A stretch of DNA of 64,000 nucleotides from the NCBI GenBank assembly GCA_001917665.1, contig MNEL01000018.1, positions 8,774-72,773 on the forward strand, given 5' to 3'. Shown here in pieces: positions 52,255 to 61,438 of this stretch (positions are counted from its first letter, which is position 1; every line of letters starts with the position of its first letter). The position numbers and the translations under genes are program-made. The notes under the pieces are model-generated. The model was not told the origin of the DNA and ran no database searches. It saw only the letters and a list, made by a program, of their open reading frames with translations. The stretch comes from Gemmatimonadetes bacterium 13_1_40CM_69_22. Lineage in GTDB: Bacteria; Gemmatimonadota; Gemmatimonadetes; Gemmatimonadales; GWC2-71-9.

Positions 52255-52620
52255 TCAGCCCTGGCGGGTCGCGCGGATCAGGGCTTCCATGTGGTCGAGG
52301 TAGCGCTCCAGCGCGCGGCGGCCCAACGCCGTCAACCGGTACTCGGTCTTGGGGATCCGGCCCGCGAACGATTTGCTACAGGTGATGTACTGCGCCTCCT
52401 CGAGCTTGCGTGCGTGCACGCTCAGATTGCCGTCCGTCGTCTTGAGGAGGGCTTTCAGCTCGTTGAACGTCAACGCGTCGTTCACCGCCAGCGCACTCAC
52501 GATGCCGAGGCGCACCCGCTCGTGGATCAGGCGGTCCAGCTCGGCGGCCCGCAGCGCGCGCTCGCCGCGCAGCGGCGGCGCGACCGTGTCCGTCTTTCGT
52601 ACCGCTCCCGACTTAGCCAC
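52255..52620 (-). CDS. winged-helix transcriptional regulator
   Basis: 121 aa. [56 protein letters not shown]. Confidence 0.7.
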   Translation of the reverse strand: MAKSGAVRKTDTVAPPLRGERALRAAELDRLIHERVRLGIVSALAVNDALTFNELKALLKTTDGNLSVHARKLEEAQYITCSKSFAGRIPKTEYRLTALGRRALERYLDHMEALIRATRQG

Positions 52621-53206
52621 CGTACCTCCGTGCGATGATCCCGCCGAACGCGACGTGCAGGCCGCCGAATCCGGCCGCCAAACACCAGCTTCCCCAAGCG
52701 GGCGGTCCGAGCAGGGCCACGGCGCCGACGATCATGAAGCACAGCCCCATCACCGGCACGACCCGCACCGAGAAGGCACCGCCCGTTACAAACCCCGTGC
52801 CGTACAGCAGCAGCCACATCCCGGGCAGCGCGTGCCACAGACCGGCGCGGTACAACACCACCGTCAGCAGGCCCCCCACGGCCATCGGCGTGAGGAAGCT
52901 GAGCCAGAAGCGCCGGCCTGGTCCCGACAGGATGGGGTCGTCCACTGCGTAGGCTTTGCGCACCATCGTCCACCCGCCGATCGCGAGCGCCACGATGGCT
53001 TCGCCCAGCCAGGTGGCGAGCCACAGCTCGGGCGTCGGCTGTCGTGCCGCGACTACCGCGGCGGCGAGCGCGGTCGCCCCGACGGCGATCTGGCCCCACC
53101 CGGGCACCGCCGTGAACGATCCCGCGCGCTCCATCGTCTGGCGGATGTAGCGCAGGTTGTCGAGGGCGCGGTCGTGCAGGGGACGGGGCGAAGCCATGGG
53201 TGCCAA
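52613..53206 (-). CDS. membrane protein co-transcribed with the wHTH regulator
   Basis: Five to six TM helices. The ORF begins at a TTG (53206), so the ATG at 53197 is the more likely start. An 8-nt overlap with the regulator gene. Confidence 0.6.
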   Translation of the reverse strand: MAPMASPRPLHDRALDNLRYIRQTMERAGSFTAVPGWGQIAVGATALAAAVVAARQPTPELWLATWLGEAIVALAIGGWTMVRKAYAVDDPILSGPGRRFWLSFLTPMAVGGLLTVVLYRAGLWHALPGMWLLLYGTGFVTGGAFSVRVVPVMGLCFMIVGAVALLGPPAWGSWCLAAGFGGLHVAFGGIIARRYGG

Positions 53207-53219
53207 TGTAACGCACCCG

Positions 53220-53265
53220 GGCCTTCTGCGTCAAGTACTTTACAACGCAAAGTACCGAGAAGGCC
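53220..53265. promoter_or_regulatory. nested inverted repeat in a divergent promoter region
   Basis: GGCCTTCT (53220-53227) pairs with AGAAGGCC (53258-53265). These enclose GTACTTT (53235-53241) and AAAGTAC (53249-53255). No gene ends here, so this is not a terminator. Confidence 0.45.
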
Positions 53266-53327
53266 GGGAGGAGATAGGTTCTAGGCATGCCGTTGTCGGT
53301 TGACCACGCTTTCTCGGAAAGTCACCC

Positions 53328-54152
53328 GTGCGCGTTTACATCTCCGTCGACATGGAAGGCGTGGCCGGCGTCGTGCACGAGTCCCAGACCGACCCGACCA
53401 ATCCCGCCTGCGCCGCCGAGTACGCCCGCTTCCGGCGCTTCATGACGGCGGAGGCGAACGCCGCCATCGAGGGAGCGCTGGCGGCCGGCGCCACCAAGAT
53501 CGTGGTGAACGACAGCCACTGGTTCATGCGCAACCTGCTCGCCGAAGAGGTGCATGAGGCGGCCGAGCTCCTGTCAGGCGACCCCAAGCCGCAGTCCATG
53601 GTGGAGGGGATAGACGGCGGCTTCGACGCGGCGCTGTTCATCGGCTACCACGCCCGCGCCGGCACGCGCCACGCGATCCTCGACCACACCTACGCCGACC
53701 GTATCCATGAAGTGCGCCTCACCGGCCGTCCGGTCGGCGAGCTCGGCATCAACGCGGCGTTGGCGGGGGTCTACGGGGTGCCGGTGGTGCTGGTGAGCGG
53801 TGACTCGGCGCTCGCGGCCGAGGCCAGGGACCTCTTGGGCGACCATGTGGTCGCCGTGGTCGTGAAGCAGGCTGTCAGCCGGCATGGCGCGCGGAGCGTC
53901 GCCCCCGTCGTCGCCTGCCGCATGATCCGGGACGCGGTTGCGCAGGCGCTCAGACAGAAACACCCCCCCTTCCTCGTCCATCCGCCGATCACGGTGGAGG
54001 TGGACTTCGCTCTCACAATCCACGCCGACATGGCGGAGCTGTGCCCGGGAGCCATGCGGGCGGGCGGGCGGACCGTGGCGTTCACGCATCAGGATTACTG
54101 CGAGGTGTTCCGCGCGTGGCGCGCGATGCTGAACCTGTCAGCCGTGGTGTGA
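53328..54152 (+). CDS. M55-family D-aminopeptidase (DppA-like)
   Basis: GTG start. N-terminus MRVYISVDMEGVAGVV is typical of peptidase M55. Confidence 0.85.
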   Translation: MRVYISVDMEGVAGVVHESQTDPTNPACAAEYARFRRFMTAEANAAIEGALAAGATKIVVNDSHWFMRNLLAEEVHEAAELLSGDPKPQSMVEGIDGGFDAALFIGYHARAGTRHAILDHTYADRIHEVRLTGRPVGELGINAALAGVYGVPVVLVSGDSALAAEARDLLGDHVVAVVVKQAVSRHGARSVAPVVACRMIRDAVAQALRQKHPPFLVHPPITVEVDFALTIHADMAELCPGAMRAGGRTVAFTHQDYCEVFRAWRAMLNLSAVV

Positions 54153-54184
54153 CGCGGTCGCCGGGACCGGGGGTGTCGGGGCTG

Positions 54185-54493
54185 ATGCTCGAGCTGTCCC
54201 CCCGGCACGAGCTGGGCCGACCCGTGGGCCCGGGGCGAGCGCCTCACGACGAACCCGACGGTCAATCGGCTGCTCGGGGTGTACGACCTGAGTCTCGAGC
54301 GGTACTATCCGCCCGTCGGAGGAGACGTGCTCGTGGTGCTGCACTCGGGGCGACCCCTCAACATGGCGGCGCTCGCCCCCCGGTTCGCGGAGGTCGAAGG
54401 GGTTCGCTTCTCGGAGCCGGATGGCATGGTCGGCGACGGGCCCCGCTGCCTCCGCCTCGCGCGCTGGCTCAGCCGAACAACACGAGCCCGTAG
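54185..54493 (+). other. possible small ORF, apparently frame-disrupted
   Basis: High-GC3 stretch MLELSPRHELGRPVGPG in one frame, then TTNPTVNRLLGVYDLSLERYYPPVGGDVLVVLHSGRPLNMAALAPRFAEVEGVRFSEPDG in another. No clean start-to-stop frame. Confidence 0.3.
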
Positions 54494-55326
54494 TCTCCGA
54501 CGATCCGAAACCCGATCGACAGGTAGGCCCGCTGCGCGGCCTGGTTTAGGGGATCCGCGAACAGCACGGCCCGCTGCGCGTTCTGCTGGTGCGCCGCGAC
54601 CAGCGAGCCCGCGACCACGGCGCGGGCGTAGCCGCGCCCCCGCAGCGCGGGCGGCGTCCAGACGCCGCCGATCTGCACGATCTCCGGCAGCATTGCGTTG
54701 AACGCCGAGTACGCCACCGGCGTCACCCCGTCGAGCAGCAGCCAACCCGCGCCCCGCTCCTGGAGCAGCAGCGCATCCGCCCGGCACGCGGTCTCGAGCG
54801 CGGGAGCGTCGGTGGCGCCCAACGCTTCGACCGAGAAGTCGACGCGCCACCGCACCACCAGGTCGAGCTCCGCCGGCTCGGGATGCCGGCAGCGGACCTG
54901 CCCCGCCGCGAGCGCCGGCGGCACGACGAGCTGCCGCAGGTCGAGCGTGTAGAGGTCCTCGCGGCTGTCTTTCCGCGCGCCTCTGTCCTCGAGCCCCAGC
55001 GCTTGGCGCGCGGCCACGACCTGGTCCCACGGGCCCGAGAAGCCGGCGACCGCGCGGCCGGAGCGTCGGCCGGCCTCGCGGGCCAGGACCGCCACGTGCG
55101 CCGGCGCCTGCAGCAGCACCATACCGTTCCAGCAGTGCGCCGCGACCCCCACGATCTCCCCGCGTTCGAGCGCCGCCACGTACGTCGCCTGTCCCGGGGC
55201 GCCGCGATCGACGAGCCCGGCCGCGCGCGCGTTCGATCGCAGGAACATCGAGCTGTCCGCGTGGCGCGCGAGGAATGTCTCGAGCGCGCCCTCGTCGCCG
55301 GGTCGGAGCAGGCGCAGTTCCGGCAT
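54469..55326 (-). CDS. GNAT-family N-acetyltransferase (two-domain)
   Basis: 285 aa. The C-terminal acetyl-CoA-binding region WTPPALRGRGYARAVVAGSL is typical of GNAT motif A. Confidence 0.75.
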   Translation of the reverse strand: MPELRLLRPGDEGALETFLARHADSSMFLRSNARAAGLVDRGAPGQATYVAALERGEIVGVAAHCWNGMVLLQAPAHVAVLAREAGRRSGRAVAGFSGPWDQVVAARQALGLEDRGARKDSREDLYTLDLRQLVVPPALAAGQVRCRHPEPAELDLVVRWRVDFSVEALGATDAPALETACRADALLLQERGAGWLLLDGVTPVAYSAFNAMLPEIVQIGGVWTPPALRGRGYARAVVAGSLVAAHQQNAQRAVLFADPLNQAAQRAYLSIGFRIVGDYGLVLFG

Positions 55327-55400
55327 CGTCTCCTCGCGGCAACGATACGGGCTAACCGGTTTCTTGTCACGCGGTTTCTGCGTACAATTCCTCCCGCCAC

Positions 55401-56468
55401 ATGCGCCGCTTCACTGCTGCGGTCGCGCTCACGCTCGCCTTCGCCGGCTGCGAGCACACGGCCCCGTTCGCTCCAGCGGACACGGGGTCGGATCAGCCGT
55501 TCGGCGCGGGGTCGCCGCGACGCGTCACCTTGAACCTCGGCGACGATCGCGCGCCCGCCTGGCTCCCCGACGAGTCCGGGTTCTGGTACTCCTTCGAGCG
55601 CGCCGATCGGGCCGACCACGATCGCTGTCTCGCGCTGCTGCCGCCGGACGGAGGCCGGATCGTGCGCACGCTGTGCGACCGCATTCCCGCGGCGGACGAC
55701 TCGACCGATGCCTGGACGGAGCCCGCCATCGATGCGGCGGGGCGGATCGCCTACGTGGCGATAAGCTCGCGGATCGGCGAGGTCGCCCCGCGGGCCGGCG
55801 CGCTGGTGCTCGCGACACCGCCGGCGCTTACGGCGGATCGCGTCGTCGTGACGCTGCCGTATCTCGGCTCGGACCAGGCCTTCCGTCAGGTGGCGCAGCT
55901 GCGCTGGCTCGGTTCCGACGCCCTGGCGTACGTCGCGCAACGGGTGGGCTACGTCGCCCCGTGTCGGGGCTGCGCGCTCGACACCGTGCGGACCGGCGTG
56001 GAGCTCGCCACGCTCGACCTGCGCGCGGCCGCGCCGTCGCCGGTGGTGCTGCCCGGCACCCAGAATGCGTCCTCGCTCGGGACCGGGGAGAGCCCCGATG
56101 TGATCTACTACACGCTGGGCGGCGACTCGCGCGTGTTCCGGCGCGTGCTCTCCTCGGGCGCCGATTCCGTGGTTCACGACTTCGGAGCCGCCGGGATCGC
56201 GCGGGACGTCCAGGTTGCCGGGCGCCGGCTCGTGGCCGTGGTCGGGGGCAACGTGCAGTTCGCGTTCGACTCCGTCCTCGGCTACGTGGTGCAGCGGGAC
56301 GGCGGTGGCACGCTGCATCTCGTGGACCTCTCCTCCGGCGTCGATTCCACGGTGTCCGCCGGCGCGCAGCTGTTCCGTCGGCCTGCGCTGTCTCCCTCGG
56401 GGACGCGGCTCGTGGCCGAAGCCGCGATGGGCCGGAGCGCGGACCTGTGGGAGTTCGACCTGCCGTGA
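55401..56468 (+). CDS. lipoprotein with predicted beta-propeller (TolB/PD40-like)
   Basis: Lipobox LTLAFAGC. Repeated strand patterns (APAWLPDESGFWYSF, PALSPSGTRLVAE). Confidence 0.55.
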   Translation: MRRFTAAVALTLAFAGCEHTAPFAPADTGSDQPFGAGSPRRVTLNLGDDRAPAWLPDESGFWYSFERADRADHDRCLALLPPDGGRIVRTLCDRIPAADDSTDAWTEPAIDAAGRIAYVAISSRIGEVAPRAGALVLATPPALTADRVVVTLPYLGSDQAFRQVAQLRWLGSDALAYVAQRVGYVAPCRGCALDTVRTGVELATLDLRAAAPSPVVLPGTQNASSLGTGESPDVIYYTLGGDSRVFRRVLSSGADSVVHDFGAAGIARDVQVAGRRLVAVVGGNVQFAFDSVLGYVVQRDGGGTLHLVDLSSGVDSTVSAGAQLFRRPALSPSGTRLVAEAAMGRSADLWEFDLP

Positions 56469-59233
56469 CGCGGCGCGCGCTGCTCCCCGCTCTCCTGGTC
56501 CTCGGAGCTGCCCGCCTCGCCGCCCAGACCGGGGGTGCGATCGCCGGGCACGTGCGCGACGCCGTGAGCAACCAACCGCTCGAGCGCGTCCTCGTGACCG
56601 TCGACAGCGGCCCGCGGGGAGCGGTGACTGATGCCAGCGGCGCCTATCGCATCCGCGAAGTGCGGAGCGGTTGGCACCGGGTCAGGGCATCGCAGATCGG
56701 GTATCAGCCCGCCGCGCGCGACAGCGCGCTGGTGCAGGCCGGGGCGACCGTCACGGTCGACTTCGCGCTCCAGCCGCAGGCGGTCGCCGTGCCACCAGTG
56801 ACCGTGCAGGCGCGGCCCGACGTAGTACTCGACCCGCTGGCCACGGCCACGACGCAGCGGATCTCGGGTGCGGAGCTCCGGCGGCTTCCCGTCTCGAGCG
56901 TGGACGAGGGGATCGCCCTCTCCGCGGGGAGCGTGGGCGCGAGCTACCGCGGGGGCAGACTGGGGGAGCAAGCCTTCATCCTCGACGGCCTGGGGATGAA
57001 GAACCAGCTCGACGCCTCCACCGGCCCGCTCGGCGTGCGGCTGCCGCCGGATATCCTCGAAGAGGCCACGCTCGTCACCAACGGCTTCTCGGCCCGCTAC
57101 GGGCAGGCCCTCTCGGGCCTGATCAACGTCGTGACCAAGGATGGGGGGGACCGGTGGCGGGGCCGCGCAGCCTACGAGACCGACCGCCCGGCTCCCGACG
57201 GCTGGGACTACGGTCTCGACCGGGCCGTGGCGGAGGCGGATGGGCCACTCGGCCGCGGCATCCGCCTGCTCGCCGTGCTGGACGCGACGGGGCGGCTCGA
57301 CGCCGACCCGGTGAACGCCCCCGCCCCCCTCGACGCGCGCGATCCCCGCCGCGCGCGCCCCTGGCTTCTCCCCCACAACAGCGGCGAGACCTACGACGCC
57401 GCTGGCAAGCTCACGGTTCCGATCGGGAGTCGCGAGACGCTGCGGTTCTTCGCGCTGCGCTCACTCGAGCAGCGCCTGCTGTACGACCCGGCGTTCAAGT
57501 ACGACGACCAGTTCGCTCCAGGCGTCCGGGTCGCGGGGACGCTGGCGAGCGCTCATTGGCAGCATGTGGCGGGCCCCCGCGCGGCGCGGCCGCTGTTGCT
57601 CGATCTCCGCGCCGGCTACTTCGCGCGCGAGTTCCTGCGCGGGACGCTCGCCGATCCGGTGCAGTATCGGTTCGGCGCGTTCACCGGGCGATCCGTCCAC
57701 ATCGCCGGAGAGAGCATCGCCCGCGCGCGGGACACCGTCGCCGCCCGGGCGCCGATTCCCGGCCTCGCGCCGCCCGACCTCGCGGCGCACACACCCTGGG
57801 GCGTGCCGGCGTTCTTCCTGAGCGACGGGTCGCGCGGCGAGGTGGCTTGGAATCGCTTCCGCGACCTGCGCGCGCAGCTCGATGCCGACATCGGGCTCGG
57901 CCCGAGCGCGGACCTCTACTTCGGCGGGGCGGTCGTGGACCAGCGGGTGCAGACCTTCGAGCGGGTCCTCGGGTTTCTGCCCGTGGGCGACACGGTGCCG
58001 CCCGCCGTGGCGTCCGATTTCTCAGCGCGCAGCGCGGCGGCGTACACGGAGTCGCAGCTGCGCTGGAGCGATCTCGGCGTCACGCTCGGCCTGCGCTACG
58101 ACCAGTTCGATCCGAGGGCCCGGATCCAGGGCGGGCGGCTCGGCCCGCAGCGTAGCCTGTCACCGCGGTTCGCCGTATCGACCGTGCTCCGCGGCGCCAC
58201 TTTCGTCGCGAGCTGGGGCCGCTTCAGTCAGGCGCCGGACTTCCAGTACCTCGTCGACGCCGCCTTCGATGACACGAGTCGCACCGGCCGGTTTCGCCGC
58301 GGCAACCCCGACCTCGGGTTCGAGGAGGCGTGGCAGTACGAGTTCTCGGTACGCGACCGCCCGTCCCCCCAGACCTCGCTGCGGGTCAACGTCTACGTCA
58401 AACGGCTGGACGGACTGGTCGCGTCGGTGCCGCTCGGTGTGGATCCCGACTCCGCCGTCTTCGGCAACGCCGACTTCGGCTCCGTGAAAGGGGCGGAGCT
58501 GATCTTCGAGCGGGAGTTGCGGGACTGGTGGGGCGTGCGGGCCGCGTACACGCTGCAGTCGGCCACCGCCACCGCCACGAACGCCTACCAGCTGCTCCGC
58601 CGGATCCGCATCGACACACTCACCGGTGACACGATCAATCCGGCGCGCGTCGAGTTCCCGCTCGACTACGACCGCCGGCACGGCCTCACGGTGATTCTCC
58701 AGGCGCGGATTCCCGACTCCCTCCGCCTGCCGCTGCGGGCTGCATTGGCAGGGCTCGAGGGCGCGGCCATCGTGCGCTACGGCTCGGGGCTCCCGTTCAC
58801 GCGCACCAACGCCACCGGCGACACGCTGCTGGGCCTGCCCAACAGCGGGCGGCTCCCGTCTCAGTCGACCGTGGACCTGCTGCTGCGGCGACCGCTCAGG
58901 CTGTTCGGCCGCGCCGGGGGGATCTACTGCGACGTCCGGAACGTGCTCAACCGCCGAAACATCGTCGCCGTGCGACGGGATACGGGGGAGCCGACGATCG
59001 CGGCCGCCACGCTCCAGGCGATGGCGCAGCGGGCGTACACGGCACACCCGGAGCCGATCCCGTACGAGTCGCCGCGCTACCGCGACTGGGCGGACCTCGA
59101 CCGGGACGGGTACGTCGCCGGGGCCGGCGAGCTGCTGCCGCTGTACCTCGCGGCGGCTCGCGACTTCGCGCAACCCCTGTTCGCATACGGGCCGCCGCGC
59201 CTCGTGCGGCTGGGGGTGGAGGTGTTGTTCTAA
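56465..59233 (+). CDS. TonB-dependent receptor-like outer-membrane protein with CarboxypepD_reg domain
   Basis: The GTG overlaps the upstream stop (GTGA). Signal peptide ..ARLAAQ, then GAIAGHVRDAVSNQPLERVLVTV...GAYRIREV, a plug region, a long beta-barrel and a C-terminal aromatic residue (..GVEVLF). Confidence 0.8.
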   Translation: MTRRALLPALLVLGAARLAAQTGGAIAGHVRDAVSNQPLERVLVTVDSGPRGAVTDASGAYRIREVRSGWHRVRASQIGYQPAARDSALVQAGATVTVDFALQPQAVAVPPVTVQARPDVVLDPLATATTQRISGAELRRLPVSSVDEGIALSAGSVGASYRGGRLGEQAFILDGLGMKNQLDASTGPLGVRLPPDILEEATLVTNGFSARYGQALSGLINVVTKDGGDRWRGRAAYETDRPAPDGWDYGLDRAVAEADGPLGRGIRLLAVLDATGRLDADPVNAPAPLDARDPRRARPWLLPHNSGETYDAAGKLTVPIGSRETLRFFALRSLEQRLLYDPAFKYDDQFAPGVRVAGTLASAHWQHVAGPRAARPLLLDLRAGYFAREFLRGTLADPVQYRFGAFTGRSVHIAGESIARARDTVAARAPIPGLAPPDLAAHTPWGVPAFFLSDGSRGEVAWNRFRDLRAQLDADIGLGPSADLYFGGAVVDQRVQTFERVLGFLPVGDTVPPAVASDFSARSAAAYTESQLRWSDLGVTLGLRYDQFDPRARIQGGRLGPQRSLSPRFAVSTVLRGATFVASWGRFSQAPDFQYLVDAAFDDTSRTGRFRRGNPDLGFEEAWQYEFSVRDRPSPQTSLRVNVYVKRLDGLVASVPLGVDPDSAVFGNADFGSVKGAELIFERELRDWWGVRAAYTLQSATATATNAYQLLRRIRIDTLTGDTINPARVEFPLDYDRRHGLTVILQARIPDSLRLPLRAALAGLEGAAIVRYGSGLPFTRTNATGDTLLGLPNSGRLPSQSTVDLLLRRPLRLFGRAGGIYCDVRNVLNRRNIVAVRRDTGEPTIAAATLQAMAQRAYTAHPEPIPYESPRYRDWADLDRDGYVAGAGELLPLYLAAARDFAQPLFAYGPPRLVRLGVEVLF

Positions 59234-59240
59234 CGGGGCC

Positions 59241-60434
59241 CTAGCTTTGCGGCCGCCGCACCTTGAACACTTGGAGCGACCGCGCGAGGATCCCGATCCC
59301 ACGCGCGTCCCCCGCCCGCCGCGGCACGGCGCGGTAGATCAGGATGACGAGGATCCAGGTGATCCAGCTCGATCGCTCGCTCCACGAGAGGCTGCGGAGC
59401 ATCAGCCACGGCTGCGTGTAGGCGGCGGTCCACGGCTCCCAGTCGCCCTGGGCGAGGGCGATCGGGCGCGCGATCACGTGATTCGCCGCAAAGCCGTGCG
59501 CGCTGGGGCTCGACAGGTTCCAGACGCAGGTGACCTTGCCCCAGCCGTGGTTGTCGCTCGCGCCGACGACGAGGAGGTCGTGTTGCGCGGCGAGTTGCAA
59601 CACGCGAGCGCGCAGGGAGGCGGGGAACCCGATCGCCTTGGGCGCGCAGTTCACGATCTCGAAGCCGTCCACGCCGGCCGCGACGAAGGCGTCGAGATCG
59701 TCCCAGTGATTCGCCCAGTACTCGGGGAGCGACGCAAGGCCGAGCGCCCCTTGCCGGTGCAGCTCCGCGAACAGCCCGAGCAGCGCGCGCGTGTCCCGGT
59801 TATAGACGCGGCGGTCGATCGGGGCGACCGCGCCGAGGGCTACGATGTGCTGCGCGTAGACGCTCCACTCGACGCCGGGGAGCAGCCGAATCGGCGCGTC
59901 GACGGCCCGGTCGAAGATGACGTTGTGGTCCGTGACGTAAGACGCCTCGAACCCCTGCGCGGCGTGCCAGGCGGCGAGGTCCTCGACCCGCCAGCCCGGC
60001 CGGCCGTCATGGGACGCGGCGGTATGGGCATGGTAGTCGAGCACCGTCACCGTCGAGTCGGCGGTGACGAGCGACGGCACGGGCCGCGGCAGGAGGACTG
60101 CCGCGACCCCCGCGAGCACGACCCCGAGCGGTCCGACAAACGCGCGGCGGAGCCGCTGCCGAAGGGCGCCCCCGCGCAGCGCGCCCCACGCCGCGAGCCC
60201 CATGACCCACACCACGAGAAACGCCCGGGCGCGCGCCAGGCTCAGGAACGTCAGGGCGTCGAGGACGTTCGACAGCGGCGCCAGCACGGTGTAGGCGACG
60301 GGCCGCACCAGATCGGCGCCCGCTGGGACCGTGCCGGTGACGGCGTCCAGCAGCGGCGGCAGCGGCAGCAGGGCCGAGAGGAGCAGCAGCGCGAGCAGCG
60401 CGAGCGCGATCGGGTGGCGGCGCAGGAGATTCAC
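59241..60434 (-). CDS. membrane-anchored PHP-domain metallohydrolase
   Basis: PHP motifs VLDYHAHTAASHDG, YVTDHN and GASDNHGW. Start uncertain: the GTG at 60434 was chosen to avoid overlap with the divergent ORF. Confidence 0.6.
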   Translation of the reverse strand: MNLLRRHPIALALLALLLLSALLPLPPLLDAVTGTVPAGADLVRPVAYTVLAPLSNVLDALTFLSLARARAFLVVWVMGLAAWGALRGGALRQRLRRAFVGPLGVVLAGVAAVLLPRPVPSLVTADSTVTVLDYHAHTAASHDGRPGWRVEDLAAWHAAQGFEASYVTDHNVIFDRAVDAPIRLLPGVEWSVYAQHIVALGAVAPIDRRVYNRDTRALLGLFAELHRQGALGLASLPEYWANHWDDLDAFVAAGVDGFEIVNCAPKAIGFPASLRARVLQLAAQHDLLVVGASDNHGWGKVTCVWNLSSPSAHGFAANHVIARPIALAQGDWEPWTAAYTQPWLMLRSLSWSERSSWITWILVILIYRAVPRRAGDARGIGILARSLQVFKVRRPQS

Positions 60435-60450
60435 TCGTACAATCTTGGTG

Positions 60451-60792
60451 ATGAGAGCGAGGGAAGCTACGGTCTCGCGCCTGTGCGCGACGAGCCTCAC
60501 GGTGCTCGGGCTGGCGTGCCAGCGACCGCCGCGCGGCCGGACGCCGCCGGCCGATGCCGGGACGGTCGTGACCGTCTACCTGCCAGCCCGGGCCGTCGAC
60601 CAGCTGATGGGCCGCTTGACGACCGTGGCGGCGAGCCACCAGTGGGCGTTGTCGGTGCGAACCGATAGCGCCGCGGTTCGAGAGGCCGACCTCGTCGTCG
60701 CCGACAGCGCCGGCGCGCTGGTCGGGCGTGTCACGCCGGGGTCGCCGGCGGCGGCGCAGGCGCGCCAGCTGGCGGACGCGGTGCTCAAGTGA
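60451..60792 (+). CDS. small lipoprotein, unknown function
   Basis: MRAREATVSRLCATSLTVLGLAC (lipobox-like), 113 aa. Its stop overlaps the next GTG start. Confidence 0.45.
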   Translation: MRAREATVSRLCATSLTVLGLACQRPPRGRTPPADAGTVVTVYLPARAVDQLMGRLTTVAASHQWALSVRTDSAAVREADLVVADSAGALVGRVTPGSPAAAQARQLADAVLK

Positions 60793-61286
60793 CCGACCTC
60801 GCCGGCGTTCCGGATCTCGTGCTCGGCCCGCTCGCCGGGCGCCCGGAGAGCGACTGGTACACGGCTCCGCCGGGGAAGTGGAGCCCGGCGCAGATCGTGC
60901 AACATCTCGCGATCTCGCTCGAACTCAGCGGGCGCACGTTCGAGGCGCGTCGCGGCAAGCCACCGATGCGACGGCGACCCCGCACACCGCGTGAGCGGCT
61001 CGGCTATTTTCTCGCCCTGCAGCTGGGGTGGATGCCGACGGGGCGCGAGGCTCCCTCGGCGACGCGACCCGCCGAGCGGCCGGACGCCCGCGCGGTGGAA
61101 CGGCAGTTCCGCGACGGCGTGGCCCGCTTCCTGTCACTCGAGCGAGAACTGCTTCCGGCGCGCCGTTACGACCTGTTCGTCAAGAACCCGGCATTCGGGG
61201 ATCTGACGCTTCCCGAGTGGCTGCGCTTTCACGTCCGCCACTGCGTGCATCATGCGAAACAGATCCGCGCGCGTCTCGCGTCGTGA
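60789..61286 (+). CDS. DinB-family protein
   Basis: 165 aa. WSPAQIVQHLAISLE and C-terminal WLRFHVRHCVHHAKQI. Confidence 0.7.
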   Translation: MTDLAGVPDLVLGPLAGRPESDWYTAPPGKWSPAQIVQHLAISLELSGRTFEARRGKPPMRRRPRTPRERLGYFLALQLGWMPTGREAPSATRPAERPDARAVERQFRDGVARFLSLERELLPARRYDLFVKNPAFGDLTLPEWLRFHVRHCVHHAKQIRARLAS

Positions 61287-61438
61287 GTCGAAAGAAGAAG
61301 AAGCTCACCGTGCGGGTGCCCAACCCTCGGGCGCCCGTGAAGCAACGGTTGAAGACGCCGTCGCATAAGGTGCACCGCCACGCCAAGCAGTATCGGCGGC
61401 GCGACAAGCATCAGCGCCCGCTCACGGAAGGAGAGTAG
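61283..61438 (+). CDS. very basic 51-aa peptide, unknown function
   Basis: The GTG overlaps the DinB stop (GTGA). Sequence VSRKKKKLTVRVPNPRAPVKQRLKTPSHKVHRHAKQYRRRDKHQRPLTEGE with strong GC3 bias. The 3' end overlaps the convergent regulator gene by 28 nt. Confidence 0.35.
   Translation: MSRKKKKLTVRVPNPRAPVKQRLKTPSHKVHRHAKQYRRRDKHQRPLTEGE

Noticed and set aside
55364-56464. N-terminal third of the 1289-aa ORF 55364..59233
   Set aside because: Shadow frame over the lipoprotein gene. The receptor signal peptide begins at the GTG at 56465.
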